From: Alphaproteobacteria bacterium
Lineage (GTDB): Bacteria > Pseudomonadota > Alphaproteobacteria > JAEUKQ01
Direction: 5' to 3'
Length of the DNA: 56,359 nucleotides
NCBI GenBank assembly: GCA_044227605.1
Contig: JBGAWJ010000003.1
Span: 1-56,359 of the forward strand
The notes beneath the pieces were generated by a model that worked only from the letters and a program-made list of their open reading frames with translations, had not been told where the DNA came from and ran no database searches. This document shows, piece after piece, positions 10,407-20,459 of the stretch. Position 1 is the stretch's first letter; every line of letters begins with the position of its first letter. The position numbers and the translations under genes were made by a program.

Positions 10407-11066
10407 ATGCTTCAGAAAACTGATATGTTAACCGTCGCCAATATGTCCTATAGCCGCAATGGGGTAGCTATCCTAAAAAAAATCTCTTTTCAGCTCGAAA
10501 AGGGTAGTGGGGCAATTATTTTAGGGGCGAATGGCGCCGGTAAAACAACTTTAATTAAAGGGTTGGCTGGCATTTTATATCTTGCCCCGCACAGTAAAAT
10601 ATTATGGGATCACCAGCAGTTTCGGGAAGCGGTGGATATGAAAATTGGTTATTTGGGGCATCAAAATGGTTTAAAAAACATCCTGACCGTTAAGGAAAAT
10701 CTGCGGTTAGCGGCGATGCTATATTATCCTGCCGCCACCAAATTATCATTAGAAAAATGGTTGGAATATTGGGGATTGGGGCAGTTAGCAGATCAGGTAA
10801 CACAAAACTTGTCTGCGGGCCAACAACGTAGGTTGGCATTGGCCCGTTTATGCGCCTTGGAAAGTAATCTTTGGTTGCTTGATGAACCTTTGACATCTTT
10901 AGACAGCGAAGCTGCGCTGTTATTTCAGGAGCAATTGGATCAATTCCTCAAAAATCAAGGCATTGTGATCATGAGCAGCCACCAACTTATCCATCATCCT
11001 GCCTTAACGCCTTTTTTACTGGAACGGGGTAAGATCATTCCTTATCCATCCGCCTATCAAGGATAA
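10407..11066 (+). CDS. ccmA: Heme ABC exporter ATP-binding protein CcmA
   Basis: GANGAGKTT, YLGHQNGLK, LSAGQQRRLALARL, WLLDEP; followed by ccmB and ccmC. Confidence 0.9.
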   Translation: MLQKTDMLTVANMSYSRNGVAILKKISFQLEKGSGAIILGANGAGKTTLIKGLAGILYLAPHSKILWDHQQFREAVDMKIGYLGHQNGLKNILTVKENLRLAAMLYYPAATKLSLEKWLEYWGLGQLADQVTQNLSAGQQRRLALARLCALESNLWLLDEPLTSLDSEAALLFQEQLDQFLKNQGIVIMSSHQLIHHPALTPFLLERGKIIPYPSAYQG

Positions 11067-11077
11067 GGATTAAGCAT

Positions 11078-11743
11078 ATGTTTGGGCAATTTTACGGATT
11101 GGTTGTTCGGGAAATTCTAACGGGGTGGCGGCAACAAAATGACATCATCATTTCATCGGTTTTTTTCGTTTTGGCGGGGACGATTTTTGCGATTACGACT
11201 GGGGGTGACCATCAAGGGCTTGCCAAGGTTTCGGGTGGGATTATTTGGGTTTTATTTGTATTGACAGGGTTTTTACCGATCGACCGTTTATGGAAAGAAG
11301 ACCTAGAGGACGGAACCTTGGACCAAATGCTTAGCTTGTCGGTGCCTGGCTGGCAATTAGCGGTAGCTAAAAGTTTGCGCCATATGATGATTATGGTACC
11401 AACAGTACTGCTGGCTGTCCCTTGCGCCGCTCTTTTGCTACAATTCCCGTTGGCGCAATTAGGTCGATTAACCTTAGGGTTTTTGATAGCCTTACCTAGC
11501 TTTAGTTTATTGACTGTTATGGGTGCTGCCTTTACTTTAAAAGCGAAAGGCCAACAATTGGTAATCGCGATTATCCTATTACCTTTAATGCTGCCTGTAT
11601 TAATTTTTGGGGCCGAATTATCGCAACCTATCTTTGAGGCATCGTCGTCAATTTGGGTGAATATCAGCGCGTTAACCGCCTTGTTTTTATTCTTTTTAAT
11701 TCTATGCCCTTGGATGACAGGATTGGTGTTACGCTACGGGTAA
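11078..11743 (+). CDS. ccmB: Heme exporter protein CcmB
   Basis: Hydrophobic 221 aa with EDLEDGTLD and LLPLMLPVLIFG motifs. Confidence 0.9.
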   Translation: MFGQFYGLVVREILTGWRQQNDIIISSVFFVLAGTIFAITTGGDHQGLAKVSGGIIWVLFVLTGFLPIDRLWKEDLEDGTLDQMLSLSVPGWQLAVAKSLRHMMIMVPTVLLAVPCAALLLQFPLAQLGRLTLGFLIALPSFSLLTVMGAAFTLKAKGQQLVIAIILLPLMLPVLIFGAELSQPIFEASSSIWVNISALTALFLFFLILCPWMTGLVLRYG

Positions 11744-11777
11744 ACAGTATCAACGGGGTGAGGAGTCAGGCATAAAA

Positions 11778-12503
11778 ATGCGACGTATTTTTACCAATAT
11801 TTATACCCTAGACGGGCTGATTGCTAGGTTATTGCCGTGGATCGCCAGCATAACATTTGTGTTGATGGCTGTCGGGTTATATGGGGGCTTATTTATCTCG
11901 CCTGCGGATATGGAGCAGGGCGAAACCGTGCGGATTATGTATGTCCATGTGCCTGCGGCCTCAATTGGACTAATCATTTATACCCTGATTGCCTGTTGGG
12001 GCTTTGTTTTTTTAGTGTGGCGGGCGAGGGTTGCGGATATGATGATACAGGCAGCTGTTCCTATCGGGGCAATTTATACCTTTTTGGCCCTTATTACTGG
12101 TTCTTTATGGGGCAAGCCAATGTGGGGAACTTGGTGGGTTTGGGACGCGCGCTTAACCTCGACCCTTATCCTCTTTTTTCTGTATTTAGGTATTCTTATT
12201 TTACGCCGTGCCTTTGAGGATCAAGAAATGGCGGCGCGGGCCGCAGCTTTGCTGGCCATGGTGGGGGGGATCAATATCCCCATTATCAAATTTTCCGTGG
12301 ATTGGTGGTATACCTTACATCAGCCTGCCAGTTTGATCCGGCTAGACGGGCCCACGATTGATGCGAGTTTCCTGTATCCCTTACTCATCATGATGGCGGC
12401 ATTTTTCTGTCTTTTCTTGACCTTATTGATGGTTAGGATCAGGACAATTATTGTATCTAAACGGCTGCAAAACCATCATTTGCGGCATCTTATGGATATT
12501 TAA
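11778..12503 (+). CDS. ccmC: Heme exporter protein CcmC
   Basis: IMYVHVPAA, WWD motif GSLWGKPMWGTWWVWDARLTS, WWYTLHQP. Confidence 0.96.
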   Translation: MRRIFTNIYTLDGLIARLLPWIASITFVLMAVGLYGGLFISPADMEQGETVRIMYVHVPAASIGLIIYTLIACWGFVFLVWRARVADMMIQAAVPIGAIYTFLALITGSLWGKPMWGTWWVWDARLTSTLILFFLYLGILILRRAFEDQEMAARAAALLAMVGGINIPIIKFSVDWWYTLHQPASLIRLDGPTIDASFLYPLLIMMAAFFCLFLTLLMVRIRTIIVSKRLQNHHLRHLMDI

Positions 12504-12513
12504 GGTCCATGCA

Positions 12514-13014
12514 TCAATCGACGAACTTCATATGGACAATAAATGAGGCTCGATGGGATTGATCATCATCCCATCCTCTTTTCTCCAACCAGCGAAAATA
12601 ATTGTTTTGATTAGCTTCTGAAGGGAGTACTGCCATGCCCATTTGCTTGATGATCAGGCTGGTTAAATCAATCGCCTTTTTTTGCATCCAGAAGGGGATA
12701 AAATTCAACCCCAAAAACGCATGATAGTCCTTTTCTTCAAAGCACTGAACCAAAACAACTGCCTGCGGAATTTTTTCTGTTTTGCTGACAAAGTCCGCAA
12801 ATGATTTCAAGAATTTTTCTAAATAATGTTTTTTATATATATCAGCAATGAAGTTAATGGTATTTTCGGAGGGGGAGCGCAAACCATTTTCCCACCGCAT
12901 GACCGTTACATCCGCATTAATTCCCTTCAAACCGACAACACGGCCGAAAGCCTCGGCACTAAGGCCGAGGCTTCGACGCACTGTTTTCATTTGTTTCGCA
13001 GTTAAGGTTCCCAC
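12514..13014 (-). CDS. XRE-type HTH protein with C-terminal extension (DUF1870/Aca2-like architecture)
   Basis: N-terminal LTAKQMKTVRRSLGLS...VMRWENG HTH. The C-terminal strand/helix pattern resembles DUF1870 from memory only. Confidence 0.65.
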   Translation of the reverse strand: MGTLTAKQMKTVRRSLGLSAEAFGRVVGLKGINADVTVMRWENGLRSPSENTINFIADIYKKHYLEKFLKSFADFVSKTEKIPQAVVLVQCFEEKDYHAFLGLNFIPFWMQKKAIDLTSLIIKQMGMAVLPSEANQNNYFRWLEKRGWDDDQSHRASFIVHMKFVD

Positions 13015-13065
13015 TTATTGGCATCCTGGCATTAATTGAAAGCCAATTCAGAAGGGATAGGAGCC

Positions 13066-13863
13066 TTACTTCCTAATGTTTCTAGGATTATCTCTTCCCA
13101 GACCCTGATTGCGGTTTTTATCCGAAGTTTCATATGATTCCACAGGAGAAGGCTTTTGCTTATTGTGGTTTTGATTACCTTCGTTCGCCTTAGGGCTTGT
13201 TTTAGGGTTAGCAGATTGACCATAATCTGTGGAGGCCGAATTTTTATTCGAACCAAACTCCCTAGAACTCACTTCCTTGCCGTTTTCGTACTCCGATTCT
13301 CCTGAATTATCAAGCTGTTCGGCAGAAATATTTTGTTCCCCCTCACCATCTTCAGTTGGGGCATAGGTAGGACGCTTTCCACCTTCAGGTTGGCGATAGT
13401 CAAAACCAGCTTTTTTGTCCGGGTTATATTGGCTGGGTGTGTAAGAAGTTTGAGGATCACTAACAGCGGGTTTTTTATAAGGATCTCCTACACGGCCGGG
13501 TTTTTGCTGGCCAGGATTTGATGTTGTATTATAAGGGGTTTTGTCAAAAGATGCGCCAGGCTTGTTTTGATTGTGGTTCTGCTGACCAGGATTGCTTGGT
13601 TGGGGGGCAGAATGGGCGCCACCTGGCCGGTTCTGGTTCCTGTAATTACTGTTACTAGATTGCTGGTAAGTGCCAGTTGATTGATGCTCCTGGCCACCTG
13701 TTGCACCATTTTTTGAACCCATGTTTTGTTTTGGTTGAGCTTGGCCTGGGTTCAGGGAACTGTCAGATTGTCTGTGGGCCTGATTAGCTGAACCTTGGTA
13801 AGTTTTATCCGTTTTGTTTACATCTATTTTAAAATCTTTATTGGTATTATTTTTATTTTCCAT
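13066..13863 (-). CDS. Hypothetical intrinsically disordered N/Q/S/G/P/K-rich protein
   Basis: 265-aa ORF with strong RBS (AAGGAGG), few hydrophobic residues and recurring NPGQ motifs. Confidence 0.75.
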   Translation of the reverse strand: MENKNNTNKDFKIDVNKTDKTYQGSANQAHRQSDSSLNPGQAQPKQNMGSKNGATGGQEHQSTGTYQQSSNSNYRNQNRPGGAHSAPQPSNPGQQNHNQNKPGASFDKTPYNTTSNPGQQKPGRVGDPYKKPAVSDPQTSYTPSQYNPDKKAGFDYRQPEGGKRPTYAPTEDGEGEQNISAEQLDNSGESEYENGKEVSSREFGSNKNSASTDYGQSANPKTSPKANEGNQNHNKQKPSPVESYETSDKNRNQGLGRDNPRNIRK

Positions 13864-14443
13864 GATAAATAGCCTCCTTAGCTATGATTAAATGCCGTGA
13901 CGGCGAAACATCAATCCCCATCTAAAATATGAATCATTTATGAATCACTCAGGACAGGGATCTGTTTTTTACTTATATTTTTTAGAAATCTACTGCTTGA
14001 CCGGGACCTTTGTAGTTGCCCAGATCTTTTTAGGCTTATGTAAGCTTTTATTATTTCCAGATTTATTTGTATCTGTATCTATTAGCTTCCTAGAAGTTCT
14101 AGAAGTTATCGGCTAATATATTAACAAGCGTAGAACATTACAGGATATCCTAATAATTATTTTTGTCAAGTATAAAAACACATTAGAGTTTTGGGCAACA
14201 AAAACAGATGGTGTATCCCGCTTATAAGGCTGCTTTTTATTGGGATAGCTGATGTTATGGAAAATAAACAAAAGTTGGGTTTTTGAGAAAATACCAGATA
14301 ATTAAATGACGGGTTTCAGACTAAAAAGTATGGCTAATTTATTTTGTGATGAGCCTAGATTTGATTACCAAGGGATTGCCACTCCCTAATGTCGGGTAAT
14401 AGTATTAGTAATATAAGCAAACACACCTAGTTGTTTTGAAATG

Positions 14444-14519
14444 TGGTGGAGCCGAGGGGAATCGAACCCCTGACCTTCTCATTGCGAACGAGACGCTCTC
14501 CCAACTGAGCTACGACCCC
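14444..14519 (-). tRNA. tRNA-Ala (CGC)
   Basis: Reverse strand GGGGTCGTAGCTCAGTTGGGAGAGCG TCTCG TT CGC AA TGAGA AGGTCAGGGGTTCGATTCCCCTCGGCTCCACCA; G3:U70 Ala identity pair; encoded CCA; 76 nt. Confidence 0.97.
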
Positions 14520-14882
14520 TAATTTCCTTCGAAAATTGGTCTTTTAACTAAGTCCTGAACATAGGGAAAGTATGAAAAAATTCAACCATTATTTTTTAGG
14601 ATATAGAGTTATTGCAAAAATCAGCGCAGATGGTTTGATGCCTTCACCGCGCAAAACAGGCGTATTCGTGACTTATTTGCAACAAAATATTAAATAAACA
14701 TTGCAATTAGGACGATATTAGGGAAATAATGCTTGCGGAGAGATAAATTCCTTTGAAAACTTTGCAAGTTAGGGTAAACATTTTACTAATTTGTTGATTG
14801 GCTATTGATTAATAGATATTCCATTTCAATAGTCGTGTTTTTGTAACAACTTTAAAACCTTTTAAGAATAGGGGAAAAAATT

Positions 14883-15320
14883 ATGGCTGCTTTTTATTTT
14901 ACCGCTGTGATATCGATATTGTTAGGGCTTTTAGCTGCGCCTAGTTTATTGGCAGGCCAAAATCCTAAGGCTCAAGAAATGTTAAACAAATTAGTACCGT
15001 TTCAAGGTATTTTTGGTATCATCGTACTCTTTTGGGGTCTTTTTAGGTTGATATTTGACATATTAATGCATTTTGGTTTCTTGACAAACATGCCGATTCT
15101 TTTGGTTTCCTATCTGCTTCTGACTTTGGTTCAGGTGTTTCTGGGTTTCTTGTTGGGCTTCGGCTTTATCAGCAAAATGACCAGCGGCAACGAGCAAGCA
15201 AGGGCCAAATCTGAAGCATTGCGTGCGAAATTGGCTGTTTACCAAGGGCCATTGGGCATTGCTGCCATTGTTCTTGGTGTTTGGTTTATCATTTACGCCG
15301 TGGCTTTGTTTGGCTATTAA
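14883..15320 (+). CDS. Hypothetical 4-TM membrane protein
   Basis: Four hydrophobic segments, GGGG-type RBS, strong terminator downstream. Confidence 0.8.
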   Translation: MAAFYFTAVISILLGLLAAPSLLAGQNPKAQEMLNKLVPFQGIFGIIVLFWGLFRLIFDILMHFGFLTNMPILLVSYLLLTLVQVFLGFLLGFGFISKMTSGNEQARAKSEALRAKLAVYQGPLGIAAIVLGVWFIIYAVALFGY

Positions 15321-15351
15321 TCCTTAAGGATAATTGCTTAAAACGAGTAAT

Positions 15352-15385
15352 AAAAAGCGTACCCTGCAGAGGGGTACGCTTTTTT
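15352..15385 (+). terminator. Rho-independent terminator (possibly bidirectional)
   Basis: AAAAAGCGTACCC-TGCAGAG-GGGTACGCTTTTTT hairpin with a T tract. Confidence 0.85.
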
Positions 15386-15581
15386 GTTGGGTACTGTTAG
15401 CAAAAAGCTCATACGTCATCACGATATTTTTTTGTATTATCTTTTATGAAAACAATTGCGTTTTTTTAAAGAAAGCCGATAATCCCGGTTAAATCAGGAG
15501 AAAGCCGTCACACAGCAATCTTGGTCAAGCGCAGATATTGACGGTTAGATCATCATTTTTCTTCATTGTCTATTCGAAGGT

Positions 15582-18500
15582 GTGGGCGATTCCATGGTAC
15601 ATCAGGCTGAAAAATCAAAACAAGATTTATTGGATCAGGTGATCCAACTGTCAAAAACCCTATTAAAAACGCCCCAATTGGAAGTGCAGGAGTTTATTAA
15701 GCGTTTTTATAGCAATGTGTCCCCGGAAGACTTACTGATTGAAACCCCTGAAAATTTGTGTGGTGCTGCCTTATCCTTATGGAATTGGGGTGCCTTGCGT
15801 GAACCGGGAATTGCCAAGCTGCGCCTATATAACCCAAAACAGCAAGAACATGGCTGGCGAAGCCCTTATTCCATCATTGAAATTGTTAATGATGATATGT
15901 CTTTTCTGGTGGATTCGGTGGTGCGAGCGTTGCAGAAGCAGGATGTGGCAGTCTATTTGATTATCCATCCGGTATTGCTGGTGAAACGCCAAGCAGGTCA
16001 GCGCCAACCAATGGGCAAAGGCGGGGGTGAAAGCCTGCCCGAGTCTTTTATGCAAATTCGCATCAGTGAGCAAACATCACCCGAGCGTATGGCGGAAATC
16101 CAGCAATCCATCACCGACGTTTTGAAGGATGTGCGACTGGCGGTTGGGGATTGGGCTGCGATGCGGGCGCAAAACCAGGCCATCCAAAAAATGCTTGGCA
16201 ACATGCCAGCCAAAGAGGTTGGGGAATATCAGCAATTCCTACAATGGTTGGATGATGACCATTTTACTTATTTGGGGATGGCGGAATATAATTTTGGCCC
16301 TGCTATTACCCCCGTAATGCCAGCCGCTAAGCGTGTGAAAGAATGGGGGATGTTTAAGAATCCTGCTTTCAAACTATATGCGGATCAGGGCTTCCATGAT
16401 CAATTGCCCCCCGAGATTTCCCAGCTATCTGCTGAAAAAACTTTATTATTGGTCAAAGCGGGCTTCTTTTCAACGGTCCATCGCCATGCGTTGATGGATG
16501 TCGTGGTCATCGGTAAATTGTCAGCCCAAGGAAAAGTGGAGGGTTGTTACCTGTTGGTAGGGTTATTAACTGCCCAAGCGTACCATAGCAGTTTGAAAGA
16601 TGTGCCGATTGTAAGAAAGAAGCTGGCAAAAATCATTGAACGTGCTGCTTTCCCTGTTCCCGGCCATAACGCCAAATCGTTCCGCCATATTTTGGAAACA
16701 TATCCGCGCGATGAGATATTCCAAGCGGATGAAACGCATATTTATGAAACCGCCCTGGATATTTTACGGCTGCAGGAAAAACAGCGGATGGCCCTTTTTG
16801 TCAGGCGTGACAGCTTTAAGCGCCTTTTTTATGCCATTGTCTGTTTGCCGAGGGATCGGTATGACAGTGAACTGCGTCAACAGATTGAAGAAATGCTGGT
16901 GAAGGCATTCGGGGGCCAATTGGTAACTACTCATAGCTATGTGAGTGACAATCCCCAATCTCGCCTGTATTTAATCATTAGGACCAATCCTGCTGATCAA
17001 ATCACGATCGATGTGGAGGAGGTGGAACGCCGCCTGATAGAGACAGGAAGGTCATGGAAAGCCAGGCTTCGGGATATATTGGTTGAAAAGTTTGGTGGCG
17101 AAAAAGCGCCACGGATGATGCGGCGTTTTGTTGAGGCATTTCCGGCCAGTTACCGCGAACATTTTGATCCACAAACGGCCGCTTCGGATATTGGGTTGAT
17201 TGAACGAAGCTTGTCGGCGCGCGTCTTGACGCTTCATCTGTATCGCCCGGCGGGTACGGATGCCAACCAAATCCATTTAAAAATTTACAGCCCCTCCCAA
17301 CAAGTTAGTCTTTCGGATGCCTTGCCGGTTTTGGAGAATATGGGCCTGCGCGTGATCAGTGAAATGTCTTATGTGGTTGAACCGCATGGCGCTGGCAGCA
17401 AATTGTGGATTCATGATTTCAGTATGGTCACGACCTATCACGACCAAGTGGAAATTGATAAAACCCAGTCTAATTTCCAGGATTGTTACTTAAGTGTTTG
17501 GAATAAGGAAATTGAAAATGATGGATTTAATGCGCTAATTCTGCGGGCGGGGTTAAATTGGCGTCAAGTCACTGTATTAAGGGCTTATTGTAAGTATTTG
17601 CGGCAAGCGGCCATTCCGTTCAGCCAGCAATATATGGAAGAAACCTTGGTCGCCAATCCTTCGTTGACCGGTAAATTGGTGGTTCTGTTTGAATCAATGT
17701 TCACCCCGGGTCAACCTTGTGATGCTCAGCTTGTAAACGGTTTGAAACAAGAAATTGAGAAATTGTTGGAAACAGTCACCAACCTTGATCAAGACCGTAT
17801 TATCCGCCGGTATTTAAATGCCATTTTATCAACGTTGCGGACGAATTTTTTTCAAAAAACTGCAGATCAACACATTAAAAGCTATATTTCTTTTAAACTG
17901 AATTCACGCTTAATTGAAGAATTGCCGCTTCCTTGCCCGATGGTGGAAATATTTGTCTATAGCCCGCGGGTTGAGGGCATCCATTTGCGTGGCGGTAAGG
18001 TCGCGCGGGGGGGGATCCGCTGGTCTGACCGCCGTGAAGACTTCCGCACGGAGATTCTGGGGCTCCTGAAAGCCCAGATGGTCAAAAATTCAGTGATTGT
18101 TCCCGTTGGCTCCAAAGGGGGTTTTGTTGTTAAAAACCCACCCGTGACGGGTGGTCGTGATGCCTTCCAACAAGAAGGCATTGAATGCTATAAAATCTTC
18201 ATTAGCGGCCTTTTGGATATTACGGATAATTTGGTTAAAGATAAGGTGGTGGCGCCAATTGATGTGGTGCGTCGGGATGATGATGATCCTTATTTGGTGG
18301 TTGCCGCTGATAAAGGTACGGCAACTTTTTCCGATATCGCCAATAAAGTTTCCCAGCAATATGGTTTTTGGCTGGATGATGCTTTCGCATCTGGCGGCTC
18401 TGCTGGGTATGACCATAAGAAGATGGCTATTACAGCCCGAGGTGTTTGGGAAACGGTCAAGCGCCATTTTCGTGAAATGGGTAAGGATATCCAGTCTGAA

Positions 18501-20405
18501 GATTTCACCTGTGTGGGTGTTGGTGATATGTCGGGTGACGTTTTTGGTAACGGCCTGTTATTATCAAAACATACGCGGCTTTTGGGGGCGTTTAACCATT
18601 TACATATTTTTGTTGACCCTAATCCTGATCCCGCCACCAGCTGGCAGGAGCGCAAACGTTTATTCGATTTGCCGAGATCTGCTTGGACGGATTATAACCC
18701 GCAATTCATTTCCCCGGGCGGTGGTGTTTTTGACCGGAAAGCCAAGTCAATTAAATTGTCCCCTGAAATCCGGCAATGTTTCGGGTTGAAGAAAGAATTG
18801 GTGACACCCACCGAACTCATCCGCCTGTTATTGCTCAGCCAGGTAGATTTATTGTTTTTTGGGGGGATTGGCACCTATGTCAAAGCAAGCTCGGAAAACC
18901 ATATTGAAGTTGGTGACCGGGCCAACGATGCGTTGCGTGTTGATGGCGCTGCGTTGCGTTGCCAAGTGGTCGGGGAAGGGGCCAACCTTGGCCTAACCCA
19001 ATTGGGGCGCGTGGAATTTGCTCTAAAAGGTGGACGTATCAATACCGATGCTTTGGATAACTCCGCGGGCGTTGATTGTTCCGATCATGAAGTGAATATT
19101 AAGATCCTGTTAAATGGAATGATGGCTCAAGGTTCTTTGAAACTTGATCAGCGCAATATTCTCCTGGCGAAGATGACGGATGAAGTGGGGCAACTGGTAC
19201 TTCGTGATAATTATCTACAAAGTCAGGCTTTAAGCATATCACAGTATTTGGGATGGATGTCGCTAGACCAGCAAGCACGTTTCATGCGTTCCTTGGAAAA
19301 ACAAGGGAAATTAGACCGCGCCATTGAATTTTTGCCTGATGATGAAATGCTGCGGCAACGCCAAAGCGCCCAACTGGGCTTAACGCGCCCAGAACTCGCT
19401 ATTCTACTGGCCTATGCCAAAATGACGTTGTATGAAGAACTGCTGCCCTCAAGTTTGCCGGATGACCAACAATTGGTGGATGACCTCTATCTATATTTCC
19501 CTAAGCCGCTTCAGCAACAATATAGGCAAGGAATTTCAAATCATCGCTTGCGGCGGGAAATTATCGCAACCGCCGTTACCAATAGTTTGGTCAATAGGGT
19601 GGGGCCTTCTTTCGTCTATGTTATGAAAGAAAGAACGGGCAAAACCGCACCGGATATTACCCGGGCCTATGCCATTACCCGGGCAACATTCAATCTGCGC
19701 CAATTATGGTCTGGCATCGAAGAGTTGGACAACAAAGTTAGCGCAGATATCCAGCTGCGGATGTTTATCATCATTAACCGGATGGCGGAAGCTGCGACCT
19801 TATGGTTTTTGCAGCAAGGCCAGCCCTCCTTAAATATTGCCGACCACTATCAAACCTATTCGCCAGGGTTAACGTTGATATCTCAAAATTTGCAAGATCT
19901 TTTAAGTGACCTGGATCGGCAAAATTGGTTGGGTAACTCCAAACAAGCGATTGACCAAGGTGTGCCAGAAAGCTTGGCCAATGCTATATATGCCTTGGAA
20001 TATTTGGAAGCAGGGCTCGATATTGTTAGGATAGCCCAGGCTTTGCAAGTCGATGTGATGCATGCGGCCGCTGTTTATTTCCGTGCCGGGGATAAATTGC
20101 AGTTTGATTGGCTGCGGGATGCCGCCATGAAAGTTAATAAGCCAACCCATTGGGAACGTATGGCGCTAACCGCCTTATTAGAGGAGCTGGACGCCCAACA
20201 AAATGCCATTACGATGTCTATCTTAAAGGATTCACCACATCCAAACAGTAAGGATATAGAACCTTTGATTGAAGATTGGAGCAAAAAGCACCAAAGTGCT
20301 TGGGAGGATACCCAAAGCCTGCTTGGTGATTTGCGCAAATCTTCGGTGATTGACCTGGCAAAATTGGTAATTATCAGCCAGCAATTCAAATCATTGCTCA
20401 ATTGA
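15582..20405 (+). CDS. gdhB: Large NAD-specific glutamate dehydrogenase
   Basis: 1607 aa; RGGIRWSDRREDFRTE, VIVPVGSKGGF, DDPYLVVAADKGTATFSD, GDMSGDVFGNG. The start may be ATG 15594. Confidence 0.96.
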   Translation: MGDSMVHQAEKSKQDLLDQVIQLSKTLLKTPQLEVQEFIKRFYSNVSPEDLLIETPENLCGAALSLWNWGALREPGIAKLRLYNPKQQEHGWRSPYSIIEIVNDDMSFLVDSVVRALQKQDVAVYLIIHPVLLVKRQAGQRQPMGKGGGESLPESFMQIRISEQTSPERMAEIQQSITDVLKDVRLAVGDWAAMRAQNQAIQKMLGNMPAKEVGEYQQFLQWLDDDHFTYLGMAEYNFGPAITPVMPAAKRVKEWGMFKNPAFKLYADQGFHDQLPPEISQLSAEKTLLLVKAGFFSTVHRHALMDVVVIGKLSAQGKVEGCYLLVGLLTAQAYHSSLKDVPIVRKKLAKIIERAAFPVPGHNAKSFRHILETYPRDEIFQADETHIYETALDILRLQEKQRMALFVRRDSFKRLFYAIVCLPRDRYDSELRQQIEEMLVKAFGGQLVTTHSYVSDNPQSRLYLIIRTNPADQITIDVEEVERRLIETGRSWKARLRDILVEKFGGEKAPRMMRRFVEAFPASYREHFDPQTAASDIGLIERSLSARVLTLHLYRPAGTDANQIHLKIYSPSQQVSLSDALPVLENMGLRVISEMSYVVEPHGAGSKLWIHDFSMVTTYHDQVEIDKTQSNFQDCYLSVWNKEIENDGFNALILRAGLNWRQVTVLRAYCKYLRQAAIPFSQQYMEETLVANPSLTGKLVVLFESMFTPGQPCDAQLVNGLKQEIEKLLETVTNLDQDRIIRRYLNAILSTLRTNFFQKTADQHIKSYISFKLNSRLIEELPLPCPMVEIFVYSPRVEGIHLRGGKVARGGIRWSDRREDFRTEILGLLKAQMVKNSVIVPVGSKGGFVVKNPPVTGGRDAFQQEGIECYKIFISGLLDITDNLVKDKVVAPIDVVRRDDDDPYLVVAADKGTATFSDIANKVSQQYGFWLDDAFASGGSAGYDHKKMAITARGVWETVKRHFREMGKDIQSEDFTCVGVGDMSGDVFGNGLLLSKHTRLLGAFNHLHIFVDPNPDPATSWQERKRLFDLPRSAWTDYNPQFISPGGGVFDRKAKSIKLSPEIRQCFGLKKELVTPTELIRLLLLSQVDLLFFGGIGTYVKASSENHIEVGDRANDALRVDGAALRCQVVGEGANLGLTQLGRVEFALKGGRINTDALDNSAGVDCSDHEVNIKILLNGMMAQGSLKLDQRNILLAKMTDEVGQLVLRDNYLQSQALSISQYLGWMSLDQQARFMRSLEKQGKLDRAIEFLPDDEMLRQRQSAQLGLTRPELAILLAYAKMTLYEELLPSSLPDDQQLVDDLYLYFPKPLQQQYRQGISNHRLRREIIATAVTNSLVNRVGPSFVYVMKERTGKTAPDITRAYAITRATFNLRQLWSGIEELDNKVSADIQLRMFIIINRMAEAATLWFLQQGQPSLNIADHYQTYSPGLTLISQNLQDLLSDLDRQNWLGNSKQAIDQGVPESLANAIYALEYLEAGLDIVRIAQALQVDVMHAAAVYFRAGDKLQFDWLRDAAMKVNKPTHWERMALTALLEELDAQQNAITMSILKDSPHPNSKDIEPLIEDWSKKHQSAWEDTQSLLGDLRKSSVIDLAKLVIISQQFKSLLN

Positions 20406-20459
20406 TTTTTTGGCTTGCTGGCCATACCAAGTTATATTTTGATATTCCTGTAAAGGCGG

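Noticed and set aside
12504-14519. Integrative element at tRNA-Ala
   Set aside because: No integrase, and I found no duplicate of the tRNA 3' end (TGGTGGAGCCG) at the far boundary.
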